Of a DNA stretch of 36,189 bases, positions 26,757-36,189 are shown in pieces. Within the stretch, counting starts at the first letter, position 1, and each line of letters opens with the position of its first letter. The position numbers were made by a program, and so were the translations under genes. Origin of the DNA: an uncultured Muribaculaceae bacterium (lineage in GTDB: Bacteria > Bacillota_I > Bacilli_A > RF39 > UBA660). Where the stretch lies: NCBI GenBank assembly GCA_964526205.1, contig CAZGKC010000002.1:1-36189 (forward strand). Direction: 5' to 3'. Under the pieces are notes generated by a model, which had not been told where the DNA came from, searched no databases, and saw nothing but the letters and a program-made list of their open reading frames with translations.

Positions 26757-28122
26757 TTTTCTCTCCTCCAACTAGGATATGTCCTACTTTAATGGTTGGT
26801 TGTCCAACATTCACAGGAACCCAACCACTTAATGACCCACACATACCTTGACCTAATTTTAAGTCATTGCCAACACATTCTATTTCTTTAAGTATTTCTT
26901 TTGTATTACCAATCAAACTTGCAGACTTAACACATTCAGCAATCTTACCATCTCTAATCATATAAGCAACATCACAACCAAAGTTAAAATCACCAGTTTC
27001 AGGAGCAACACAACCACCCCCAAGAGATTCTGCATACAAACCAAAATCAATACTCTTAATCATATCTTCAACACTAGTATTACCTGGAGCTAAATAAGTA
27101 TTATTCATCCTTGATGTTGGAGCATACTTATAACTTTCTCTTCTACCAGAACCAGTTGTTTTATGTTTCATCTTTTTGGAATTAATTTGATCTACCAAGA
27201 AACTTTTTAATACTCCATTTTCAATTAAAACATTCTTTTGGGTTTCCATTCCTTCATCATCACATTTAGTAGTACCCCATTCATTTCTAATTGTTCCATC
27301 ATCAATAACAGTAACACAAGGATTAGCAATCAAATTACCTAAATCATTTGATAAAACAGATATACCATCCGCCACTAAAGTAGCTTCCATAGCATGACCA
27401 CAAGCCTCATGTATTATGACACCACCAAAACCATTATTAATAACAACTGGCATAACTCCCCCAACACAAGGAACAGCATAAAGCTTATCTAAACCTTTTT
27501 TAATAGTTTCATCAATAACTTTTTCATAATCAATTGTATCTAATAAATCTAAGCCCATTAAAGCCCCTTTATTATAGTAAATACTAGCTTGTTTATCTTC
27601 ATCTTTAAAATCAATATAAACAAATAATCTTGTTCTAACTCTATCCTCAGATACATATCTTCCCGTATAATTAGCTATTACTACATTTTGTTTATTTTCT
27701 TGTACCACTAACTCTACTTGGCTAATTCTCTTATCCTTACTTCTAATTAATTTATCTAACCAACATAACTTCTCTCTTACATCCATATCACTATAATGAG
27801 TCTCCCCATTACCCCGATACTTTCTAAGTCTAGATAATTCAACATAATCAATCTTTACTTTATCTTTAATATTACTATTTAAATCACTAACTAATTTATC
27901 AATAGTAGCTTTCTTCATATCACTAGAAGCCCCATAATAAACATCACTATCTTTAGCAACTCTAAGTCCCATACCACCAGTATTAGATAGTTTTAAACTA
28001 TCTAGTTTACTATCAACATATCTGAATGTTTTAACATTATCTTTTTCAATAAAAACTTCGGCAAAATCTCCACCAGTAGAGAGCATATCTTCCAATATTG
28101 TTTCAATTTGTTCTTTTTTCAT
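26746..28122 (-). CDS. tldD: Metalloprotease TldD
   Basis: HEACGHAMEA zinc motif and a C-terminal GMCGSLSGWVPVNVGQPTIKV signature. ATG at 28122 is preceded by AAGGAG. Confidence 0.88.
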   Translation of the reverse strand: MKKEQIETILEDMLSTGGDFAEVFIEKDNVKTFRYVDSKLDSLKLSNTGGMGLRVAKDSDVYYGASSDMKKATIDKLVSDLNSNIKDKVKIDYVELSRLRKYRGNGETHYSDMDVREKLCWLDKLIRSKDKRISQVELVVQENKQNVVIANYTGRYVSEDRVRTRLFVYIDFKDEDKQASIYYNKGALMGLDLLDTIDYEKVIDETIKKGLDKLYAVPCVGGVMPVVINNGFGGVIIHEACGHAMEATLVADGISVLSNDLGNLIANPCVTVIDDGTIRNEWGTTKCDDEGMETQKNVLIENGVLKSFLVDQINSKKMKHKTTGSGRRESYKYAPTSRMNNTYLAPGNTSVEDMIKSIDFGLYAESLGGGCVAPETGDFNFGCDVAYMIRDGKIAECVKSASLIGNTKEILKEIECVGNDLKLGQGMCGSLSGWVPVNVGQPTIKVGHILVGGEKSER

Positions 28123-28146
28123 TTGTTCTCCTTTTTTAGATGTCAA

Positions 28147-28170
28147 AAAGAAAGCATAACGGCTCTCTTT
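28147..28170 (-). other. Intercistronic hairpin between dnaK and tldD
   Basis: Minus strand AAAGAGAGC-cguuau-GCUUUCUUU (9 bp including one G-U that exists only on this strand) followed by UU. Confidence 0.4.
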
Positions 28171-28185
28171 TTATAATTTAATTAA

Positions 28186-30009
<1,824 letters not shown>

Positions 30010-30040
30010 TTATCATCCTTTCTTTCTTTTTGAGCATTTA

Positions 30041-30565
30041 TTATTCATTCACTTTTACCATGGCAACTCTTATAACTTTATCTTTATAAGTATATCCTTT
30101 TTGTAATACTTCTAATACTACATTACCAGGTAAATTTTCATCTTTATCAACTAAAACTGCTTGCATCATATTAGGATCAAACTCTAATCCCTTACAATCA
30201 ATTTCCTTAACCTCCAATTTCTCCAGTACACTTAATAAATTAGTATATATCATCTTAAATCCACTCAAGAACTTGGATACTTCATCGCTTAAATCACGAT
30301 CATCAAGCTCTATGGCTCTTTCAAAGTTATCAACAATTGGTAACAACTCTTTAATAAGGTTCTCTCCATCATACTTACATAACTTTTCTCTTTCTTCTTC
30401 ATTTCTTCTTTTTATATTCTGTATTTCAGCAGTAAGCCTTAAAATCTTATCTTGTAATAAACTATTCTCATCATTTACTTTATTATTAACCTTTGGCTTA
30501 ACTTCTTTTTTCTTAACAGCTTTAACTTTTTGTTTTCCCTTAACTTCATTACTTTTATTTTCCAT
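30041..30565 (-). CDS. grpE: Nucleotide exchange factor GrpE
   Basis: Lys-rich N-terminus, coiled coil (RLTAEIQNIKRRNEEE), LLPIVDNFERA and a beta domain (VLQKGYTYKDKVIRVAMVKV). The ATG at 30565 overlaps the hrcA end by 11 nt. Confidence 0.9.
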   Translation of the reverse strand: MENKSNEVKGKQKVKAVKKKEVKPKVNNKVNDENSLLQDKILRLTAEIQNIKRRNEEEREKLCKYDGENLIKELLPIVDNFERAIELDDRDLSDEVSKFLSGFKMIYTNLLSVLEKLEVKEIDCKGLEFDPNMMQAVLVDKDENLPGNVVLEVLQKGYTYKDKVIRVAMVKVNE

Positions 30566-31574
30566 TTTTTTCCTTTCTACTATCGATTCCTTTATCGATA
30601 TAATCAAGTAATCCCATTATTTTCTTATAATCCATTCTTTTTGGACCAATAACAGCAATAGTACCTTCTTCCCCATTAATATGATACTTCTTTCTAATCA
30701 CCGTTACATTAGGATCAAATTCACTTTCATCTCCGATATAAACCTTTATTTCATCTGGTTCATTATCATCAGCAACAACCTTTGAAATTAATTCATTATC
30801 TCCCAGCTTATTAGCAAGCCTTCTTAACTCATTAACATCATTATACTCTGGTTGTTCCAAAATCTTAGTTCTTCCACTAACATGAATATTACTATTATTT
30901 TGAACGAAATCATTAAAAGCATCATAGAATATGCCATACACCATTTCATACTGCTTAACTTGATGTTTAATAATAGGTTTAACCTCTAATTCCAGCCTTT
31001 CACTAACTTCATTAATTGGTGTCCCTTGAAGCATCTTATTAATAATCTCACTTGTCTTAATAACCTCTTTTATATTAATATTATCATTTAAGCTAAATGT
31101 CTTATTTTCCACATTTCCTTTATCGGTACAAACAACAGCTACCACTTGATTATTCCCTAAATCAATAATATTAACTTGTAAAAGTTTATTATCTTCACTA
31201 CTTTTTCCTAAAACTACACTAGTATAATTAGTAATATCACTAATTATTTCCATACATTTACTAATAGCATCTGACAAATTAAGTTCCGTATTAGCAAATA
31301 TTTTTTGTAATTTTAACATATCTTTCCCCGTCAATTTCTCTGGCTCCATCAAATGTTCTACATAATATTTATAACCCTTCTCACTAGGAACTCGACCTGA
31401 AGATACATGATTCTTTTCCAATAATCCTAAATCCTCTAAATCAGCCATTTCATTTCTAATTGTTGCACTAGAACAACCAAACTTATCACATAAAGCCTTT
31501 GAACCAACTGGTTTAACTGTTTTGATATAAACCTCAACAATTTCTTTTAAGAGATTATTTTTTCTTTCATCCAT
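30555..31574 (-). CDS. hrcA: Heat-inducible transcription repressor HrcA
   Basis: N-terminal wHTH (RKNNLLKEIVEVYIKTVKPVGSKAL...SSATIRNEMADLEDLGLLEKNHVSSGRVPS). ATG at 31574 is preceded by AAGAGG; the track's GTG at 31592 lies inside CIRCE. Confidence 0.9.
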   Translation of the reverse strand: MDERKNNLLKEIVEVYIKTVKPVGSKALCDKFGCSSATIRNEMADLEDLGLLEKNHVSSGRVPSEKGYKYYVEHLMEPEKLTGKDMLKLQKIFANTELNLSDAISKCMEIISDITNYTSVVLGKSSEDNKLLQVNIIDLGNNQVVAVVCTDKGNVENKTFSLNDNINIKEVIKTSEIINKMLQGTPINEVSERLELEVKPIIKHQVKQYEMVYGIFYDAFNDFVQNNSNIHVSGRTKILEQPEYNDVNELRRLANKLGDNELISKVVADDNEPDEIKVYIGDESEFDPNVTVIRKKYHINGEEGTIAVIGPKRMDYKKIMGLLDYIDKGIDSRKEKNGK

Positions 31575-31585
31575 AATATACCTCT

Positions 31586-31612
31586 TTAGCACTCCTATTA
31601 CTTCAGTGCTAA
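31586..31612 (-). promoter_or_regulatory. CIRCE operator (HrcA binding site)
   Basis: Minus strand TTAGCACTG-N9-GAGTGCTAA, one mismatch to consensus TTAGCACTC-N9-GAGTGCTAA. Starts 4 nt downstream of the -10 box. Confidence 0.9.
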
Positions 31613-31616
31613 TAAC

Positions 31617-31645
31617 ATTATAATATTATGCTTAACACTTGTCAA
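31617..31645 (-). promoter_or_regulatory. Perfect consensus sigma-A promoter of the hrcA operon (TTGACA-17-TATAAT)
   Basis: Minus strand: TTGACA 31640-31645, 17 nt, TATAAT 31617-31622. Confidence 0.8.
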
Positions 31646-31683
31646 TATATAACTTCTTTTTTTAATTAAAAAAATCATCTAAT

Positions 31684-31712
31684 TTGACATAATCATCTAA
31701 AAATGCTAAAAT
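31684..31712 (+). promoter_or_regulatory. Near-consensus promoter (TTGACA-17-TGcTAAAAT) for the divergent orphan ORF
   Basis: TTGACA 31684-31689, 17 nt, TAAAAT 31707-31712 with an upstream TG. SD AAAAGGGGGA at 31724-31733. Confidence 0.7.
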
Positions 31713-31739
31713 AGTAAGCCAAGAAAAGGGGGAATATCA

Positions 31740-32204
31740 ATGATTATGCACAAATATACGGTTGATGTAAAAGTTGTTAATGGCAGAAAGATATTAGATT
31801 TAAATGATTTAAAATATATCTTTGCTTTAGAATTTGGTGAACCTAAAGCCAAAACTTTACCACCATTTTCAGAACAAGTAAAAGATATATGGTTTTATTG
31901 CCTTGATAAAGAGCCAAAGCCTTGGGAAAATATTGAAAACATAAAAGGTTATGCTTTAAATAATGTTTTTTATTTTAATAAGAATCGTTTAAAAGAAAAA
32001 ACTACGAGTATAGTATCTTTATTAACCCAAGTAACTCATGCCATGAACTATGATGATTTAAAAAAACTTAATAATGGTGAACAATGGACACAATTTAGAT
32101 ATTATGTCGAAATGATTATGTCTCTTGGAAATGCTCTCAACTTAATATCAATCAAAGAAAAGAACAAAAACCCAGAGGTTGTATTTACTTTAACAAGAAA
32201 ATAA
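31740..32204 (+). CDS. Hypothetical 154-aa cytoplasmic protein, no family recognised
   Basis: Clean ORF with a strong promoter, SD and terminator; no TM segment and no motif I can name. Confidence 0.6.
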   Translation: MIMHKYTVDVKVVNGRKILDLNDLKYIFALEFGEPKAKTLPPFSEQVKDIWFYCLDKEPKPWENIENIKGYALNNVFYFNKNRLKEKTTSIVSLLTQVTHAMNYDDLKKLNNGEQWTQFRYYVEMIMSLGNALNLISIKEKNKNPEVVFTLTRK

Positions 32205-32225
32205 TGATTAGCAAAATAATCATTA
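32201..32225. terminator. Bidirectional hairpin between convergent genes
   Basis: ATAATGATT-agcaaa(a)-AATCATTAT overlaps both stop codons, followed by TTTAATTTT. Confidence 0.55.
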
Positions 32226-33224
32226 TTTTAATTTTACCAAAGCATCATCAAAGCTTTCTACTGCTATTATATCTAGATTTAAATCCAACTCTTCTTTAAC
32301 ACTAATTGCTTCTTCATAATTATCTATAGGGCATAAAAACAAATCTGCCTTATTTTTAACAGCACCCAATAACTTATATTTTATTCCATCAATTGCACCA
32401 ACATTACCATTAATATCAATAGTGCCAGTACCAACAATAGTTCTTCCTTTAGTAATATCTTCTTCCACTAGCTTATTATATATTGCTAAACTCATCATCA
32501 ATCCTCCACTAGAGCCAGATTCACTAGACTTTGTCTTAACCTCCAAAGAAGGCGTTTCTTCATATTCATAAGTCGTTAAAAACATAATCCCAATCTTTAA
32601 CCCATCAGTAGTATCATAAATCTCTGCTTCACAATTAACATTCTTGCCATCTCTTCTAACCACCAACGAAACGGTATCTCCACTTTCTTTAGTATTAATA
32701 ATTTCTTTTAATTCATCTATATCCTTAATCTCTATTCCCTCAACTTCTAAAACTTCATCATATACTTTTAAATCAGTTTTAGCATCATCAGTAATATATA
32801 CAATATTATTGACATTTCTCGTAATTTCAATTTCTTTACCAGCATTATGATAAGCAACTATTGTAGCATTATCAATAGATGATTGCATATATAATCTTTC
32901 TAATTCCAATAACTCATCAACAGACTCATCCTCCGCCGTAACCTCATCTTTATCCATTAAATCCCAATTCTTTAATAAATAAGAAAGACCAATATTAACT
33001 AAAGTCCCCCTTCTTAAAGTAACATAACTCATATTAAAAGAACCCTCTTCGCTATAGGCATCACTCATACTTATTCTATCATCTAAAGTAACAATACCCC
33101 CGGGAGTATAAATAACATAAGGAAATTCATACAAAGAAGCAAAAGCAAAAAAACCAATAATTAATAAACTAAGACCATATTCTTTAATAAACTTTTTAAT
33201 TATTTCATATACTTTATTAAACAT
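32223..33224 (-). CDS. ylbL: YlbL/SepM-like membrane-anchored PDZ + Lon-type (S16) serine protease
   Basis: N-terminal TM, PDZ segment (VYDEVLEVEGIEIKDIDELKEII..GDTVSLVVRR) and S16 domain (SGSSGGLMMSLAIYNKL...TGTIDINGNVGAIDGIKYKLLGA). Confidence 0.8.
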   Translation of the reverse strand: MFNKVYEIIKKFIKEYGLSLLIIGFFAFASLYEFPYVIYTPGGIVTLDDRISMSDAYSEEGSFNMSYVTLRRGTLVNIGLSYLLKNWDLMDKDEVTAEDESVDELLELERLYMQSSIDNATIVAYHNAGKEIEITRNVNNIVYITDDAKTDLKVYDEVLEVEGIEIKDIDELKEIINTKESGDTVSLVVRRDGKNVNCEAEIYDTTDGLKIGIMFLTTYEYEETPSLEVKTKSSESGSSGGLMMSLAIYNKLVEEDITKGRTIVGTGTIDINGNVGAIDGIKYKLLGAVKNKADLFLCPIDNYEEAISVKEELDLNLDIIAVESFDDALVKLK

Positions 33225-33266
33225 TTACATCATCTCTATATAAATTATACCAAAAAGGATGGATTT

Positions 33267-34100
33267 ATGAAAAGAAATATAACTAGTTTGACAATTATTT
33301 TTCTTATATTCCTAATATTTAAAAACTACCAATTATTATTAGATAGTACAACCTCTGCCATAAGCATCTGGTTAACAAAAGTATTCCCCTATCTATTTAT
33401 AATGCTAACTTTAAATGATATTTTAATTAATACCAATATCCTAAGTTATTTTAAGTATCCTTCATTATATATATTCTTTACATCTATTCTAAGTGGAACA
33501 CCCTCCAGTGCATATATAACCAGCAAACTATACAAAACTAATAAGATAACAAGAGAAAATGCCAACCAAACATTAATATATACTTATTTTAACAATCCTT
33601 TATTTCTATTAAACATACTTACATCAATATTTTCTAATATATATATTGTTATAAAACTAATCATAATTCATTACTTAAGTAATATTATTCTATTATTTAT
33701 TTATAAAGAATGCGAACAAATACCTCTTGTTCGCACTTTCCATTCTATCAATTTATCTAACTCTATTAAATCAAGCATAAATACTACCACCATGGTATTA
33801 GGTTCTATTTGTTTTTACTTAGTAATCTCTAACATTCTTCTAAATTCTATTAAATTACCTTTAATAGTTAATATCACTATTCGTGGTTTATTAGAAATTA
33901 CCCAAGGCTTAAACTCTCTTATTACCGCAAATATTCCTTTTAAAGAAATAATATGTTCTTTATTTCTATCCTTCGGAGGTCTATCTATTCATACTCAAGT
34001 TAAATGTATTTTAGAAGAAAATAACCTCGACTATAAATATTTTCTAAAGGGTCGTATTTTAGGTACTATTATAGCAGTTATTCTAACAAGCATCACCTAA
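33267..34100 (+). CDS. Polytopic membrane protein, YlbJ-like (sporulation integral membrane protein / nucleoside-recognition 'Gate' domain family)
   Basis: ~8 hydrophobic segments; divergent from the ylbL-like gene as in Bacillus ylbJ. Shorter (277 aa) than Bacillus YlbJ as I recall it. Confidence 0.5.
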   Translation: MKRNITSLTIIFLIFLIFKNYQLLLDSTTSAISIWLTKVFPYLFIMLTLNDILINTNILSYFKYPSLYIFFTSILSGTPSSAYITSKLYKTNKITRENANQTLIYTYFNNPLFLLNILTSIFSNIYIVIKLIIIHYLSNIILLFIYKECEQIPLVRTFHSINLSNSIKSSINTTTMVLGSICFYLVISNILLNSIKLPLIVNITIRGLLEITQGLNSLITANIPFKEIICSLFLSFGGLSIHTQVKCILEENNLDYKYFLKGRILGTIIAVILTSIT

Positions 34101-34661
34101 ACAACTAATCATCGTATTATAATCACTTACATCACCAATATAAGAAATAACAATATCATCCAAAGTATTATTAGAACCTAATTTATTCTTATCATTAACA
34201 GTATGTATTTCAATATCAATAATAAGAGTATATATATTAGCATCAGCACTAAAATTAACACTAGCATTCTTTGTATATAAACTAGCATCTTCAATCGTCC
34301 ATTTCCTATTTACTCCATCACTAGTAGTATATTTAAAACTATCTTCATTAGCACTTATCTTAGAACTAGTTCCATCATCAAACAAAAAATTAATAACTAA
34401 ATTATCTACTGTAGAACCATCATCATTAATACCTTTAATAGTCTTTACATTTAAATCATTAGATATAACTCTTAAAATCTCTGCTCTATTAACCTGATTT
34501 TTCTTAGCATAAGTACTATTATTCTCTTGATCATTAACGTCAACTAACAACTTAACTAAAAACACTAAAACCACCGCAATAAGGGCAATACTAATAATAA
34601 GTTCCACTAAGCTAGAACCCTTGCTCCTATGATATAATATATGGGTTGTCACTTGTACCAT
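34083..34661 (-). CDS. Prepilin-type (type IV pilin-like / ComG-like) pseudopilin 3
   Basis: SKG|SSLVELIISIALIAVVLVFLV is a class III signal (G, then Glu at +5) plus a hydrophobic helix. C-terminal Cys pair (CLGDAC). Start uncertain (ATG 34661 or GTG 34652); overlaps the upstream gene. Confidence 0.6.
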   Translation of the reverse strand: MVQVTTHILYHRSKGSSLVELIISIALIAVVLVFLVKLLVDVNDQENNSTYAKKNQVNRAEILRVISNDLNVKTIKGINDDGSTVDNLVINFLFDDGTSSKISANEDSFKYTTSDGVNRKWTIEDASLYTKNASVNFSADANIYTLIIDIEIHTVNDKNKLGSNNTLDDIVISYIGDVSDYNTMISCLGDAC

Positions 34662-35499
34662 CTCCTCCCAAAATCATTACACTATTTTTAAGGACAAACA
34701 CTGGTCTAACTGCTTTACTCTTATCTACAGTATCTAACCCTAAATTACCACTACTATTAATATAATACATATAATTATACTTTACACTTTCCCGGGTAAA
34801 GACCCACATCTCCTCACTATTATTCATCCAATTATTAGTACCACTTACTACATCTCCATACTCTTCACCTGCATAAGCATAATCACTAATATAAGGAAGC
34901 CCAATAATATCATCAATAGTAACTCCATTATTTCTATTACTTCCAACTTCATAATTATATATGGTATAAACTTTCTCATTTAAAAACTTCTCTTCAATAC
35001 CACCAACATAAAATTTATTAACTTCCAACTTATCTATAATACTTAAACTACTAACATAACTTTGCAAATAACTATACATATTACTATTAACATAAACACT
35101 ATTTTGATTATTATCATAAACTACATTCTCAATACTTTTATACTTTATTACTTTTACTTTCCCATTAATAACACCAATAATACGATACATATCTTCTACA
35201 TTGCAAATACTATCAAAACAAACATAATTATTAGGATTACTTCCAATATATCTATAACTATTATCATTAGCATCAGTACTAATACTACCATCATGTTTAA
35301 ACAAACCTAATTCATCACTATGATTAATTAAATACCTACTAAAATTACTATCACTAATATCATTCTTAACTTGTTCCTTAACATTATTTAATAGTACTCT
35401 ATTATTAACTAAATTATTTATTATAAAAAGTAACAACATTAAAAAGACTAAAAAGAAAGAATATATAACAGATATTGATATAAAACCATTCTTCTTCAT
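34627..35499 (-). CDS. Prepilin-like protein without Glu5 (MKKNG|FISIS) carrying a large C-terminal domain ending AVRPVFVLKNS..GDGTSDNPYIIS
   Basis: Classic short basic leader ending in G-F, then a hydrophobic helix, with Ser instead of Glu at +5 (as in ComGG/GspK-type minor pilins). Strong SD AAGGAGGG. Confidence 0.6.
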   Translation of the reverse strand: MKKNGFISISVIYSFFLVFLMLLLFIINNLVNNRVLLNNVKEQVKNDISDSNFSRYLINHSDELGLFKHDGSISTDANDNSYRYIGSNPNNYVCFDSICNVEDMYRIIGVINGKVKVIKYKSIENVVYDNNQNSVYVNSNMYSYLQSYVSSLSIIDKLEVNKFYVGGIEEKFLNEKVYTIYNYEVGSNRNNGVTIDDIIGLPYISDYAYAGEEYGDVVSGTNNWMNNSEEMWVFTRESVKYNYMYYINSSGNLGLDTVDKSKAVRPVFVLKNSVMILGGDGTSDNPYIIS

Positions 35500-35508
35500 A
35501 AACCCTCC

Positions 35509-36087
35509 TTAAAACCCTAAAGAAGCATAATAAGTATTACACTTCGTATCATTACCAGGAGTACACTTCACAATATTACCACTATCATCTAACATTTCTG
35601 CATACTCAATAACTAAATAATATTCATAATCAGTATCATTAAGGGTATTAACATAAGATTTCAAGTTATAACTTAAATCTTCCACAGAAGCATTACACTT
35701 CACTGTATCTTCCACACAATCATCAAACATAGAAGAATCAATTAACATCATTCTATTAATATTAAAACTTTGCACAATATTATTTAAAGATTCAATCATT
35801 CCGGTACTCTTTTGGGTCTCATTAAACATAGATGTATAACCAGTACCAATTGTCACTATATAGCTATCAACAAATGCATAACTTTTTATACTATCAACAT
35901 CAGTATGAGTTTCTAAAAACTTTCTAACATAATTAGTTTTATAAATAAATGCCACATCTTCATAATACAACCTAATATTTTCATCCCCAATAGCAGAACT
36001 ATAAGAATTATAAAGATACATTAATGCTGCACATAGGATAACAACTGTAATAATTGTCTCAATAAAAGCAAAACCATTCTTCCTCAT
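35509..36087 (-). CDS. Prepilin-type pseudopilin 1 (MRKNG|FAFIETIITVVIL)
   Basis: Canonical prepilin cleavage/methylation motif with Glu at +5. Two CX6-7C pairs in the C-terminal half (CVEDTVKC, CTPGNDTKC). ATG at 36087 is preferred; the frame stays open to the window edge, but a terminator lies upstream. Confidence 0.65.
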   Translation of the reverse strand: MRKNGFAFIETIITVVILCAALMYLYNSYSSAIGDENIRLYYEDVAFIYKTNYVRKFLETHTDVDSIKSYAFVDSYIVTIGTGYTSMFNETQKSTGMIESLNNIVQSFNINRMMLIDSSMFDDCVEDTVKCNASVEDLSYNLKSYVNTLNDTDYEYYLVIEYAEMLDDSGNIVKCTPGNDTKCNTYYASLGF

Positions 36088-36151
36088 AACAACCATATCC
36101 TTACTATCTATAATAGTACCAAATAACCCCAAAAAATTCAAGGTATATTGA

Positions 36152-36184
36152 TAAAATAAAAAGTCCTTACCATTTGGTAAAGAC
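36152..36184 (-). terminator. Rho-independent terminator of the gene lying beyond the right window edge
   Basis: Minus strand GUCUUUACC-aaau-GGUAAGGAC (9 bp; one G-U that is a C-A mismatch on the plus strand) followed by UUUUUAUUUUAU. Confidence 0.65.
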
Positions 36185-36189
36185 CATAA

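Noticed and set aside
36088-36189. The first pseudopilin frame remains open to the window edge, so it might be a longer protein starting outside the window.
   Set aside because: That would make the G|FAFIE prepilin motif internal. A strong strand-specific terminator plus U-tract (36152-36184) and a promoter-like TTGAAT-17-TACTAT lie within the putative extension. Flagged as a residual uncertainty.

Overview
Very AT-rich (well over 70% A+T by eye) chromosomal window from a walled, probably spore-forming low-GC Firmicute. The gene order resembles the Bacillus yrr/ylb regions, and it could be Erysipelotrichia-like. Standard genetic code: several genes end in TGA within ATGA overlaps. Content is mostly housekeeping. 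(1) A 5'-truncated spoIVB that is absent from the ORF track. (2) A 14-gene minus-strand run: ireB-ruvX-DUF1292-mltG-trmR-U32-U32-greA-tig-nusB-xseA-xseB-proS-GH3. (3) A divergent intergenic hub (11.76-12.45 kb) with a self-contained ~200-nt rod-like ncRNA candidate (6S-like), an 11-bp x3 tandem repeat and two tRNAs (CAU, Leu-UAG). (4) A small orphan ORF behind two tandem consensus promoters. (5) dedA-smr-pfkB plus a secreted protein, DUF421, tgt, murF and lon. (6) A CIRCE/HrcA heat-shock operon with a translationally coupled tldD-tldE (pmbA) pair between dnaK and dnaJ. (7) ylbL/ylbJ-like genes. (8) At the right edge, a three-gene operon of prepilin-type (ComG-like) pseudopilins. One pseudopilin shares a large C-terminal domain with a separately encoded membrane-anchored protein. 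I saw no CRISPR array, transposase, integrase or clear defence island. The most unusual items are the tldDE insertion in the dnaK operon, the pseudopilin/surface-protein module family, the ncRNA candidate, the twin-promoter orphan gene and a Cys-less U32 paralogue. All functional calls rest on motif recognition by eye; no searches were run.
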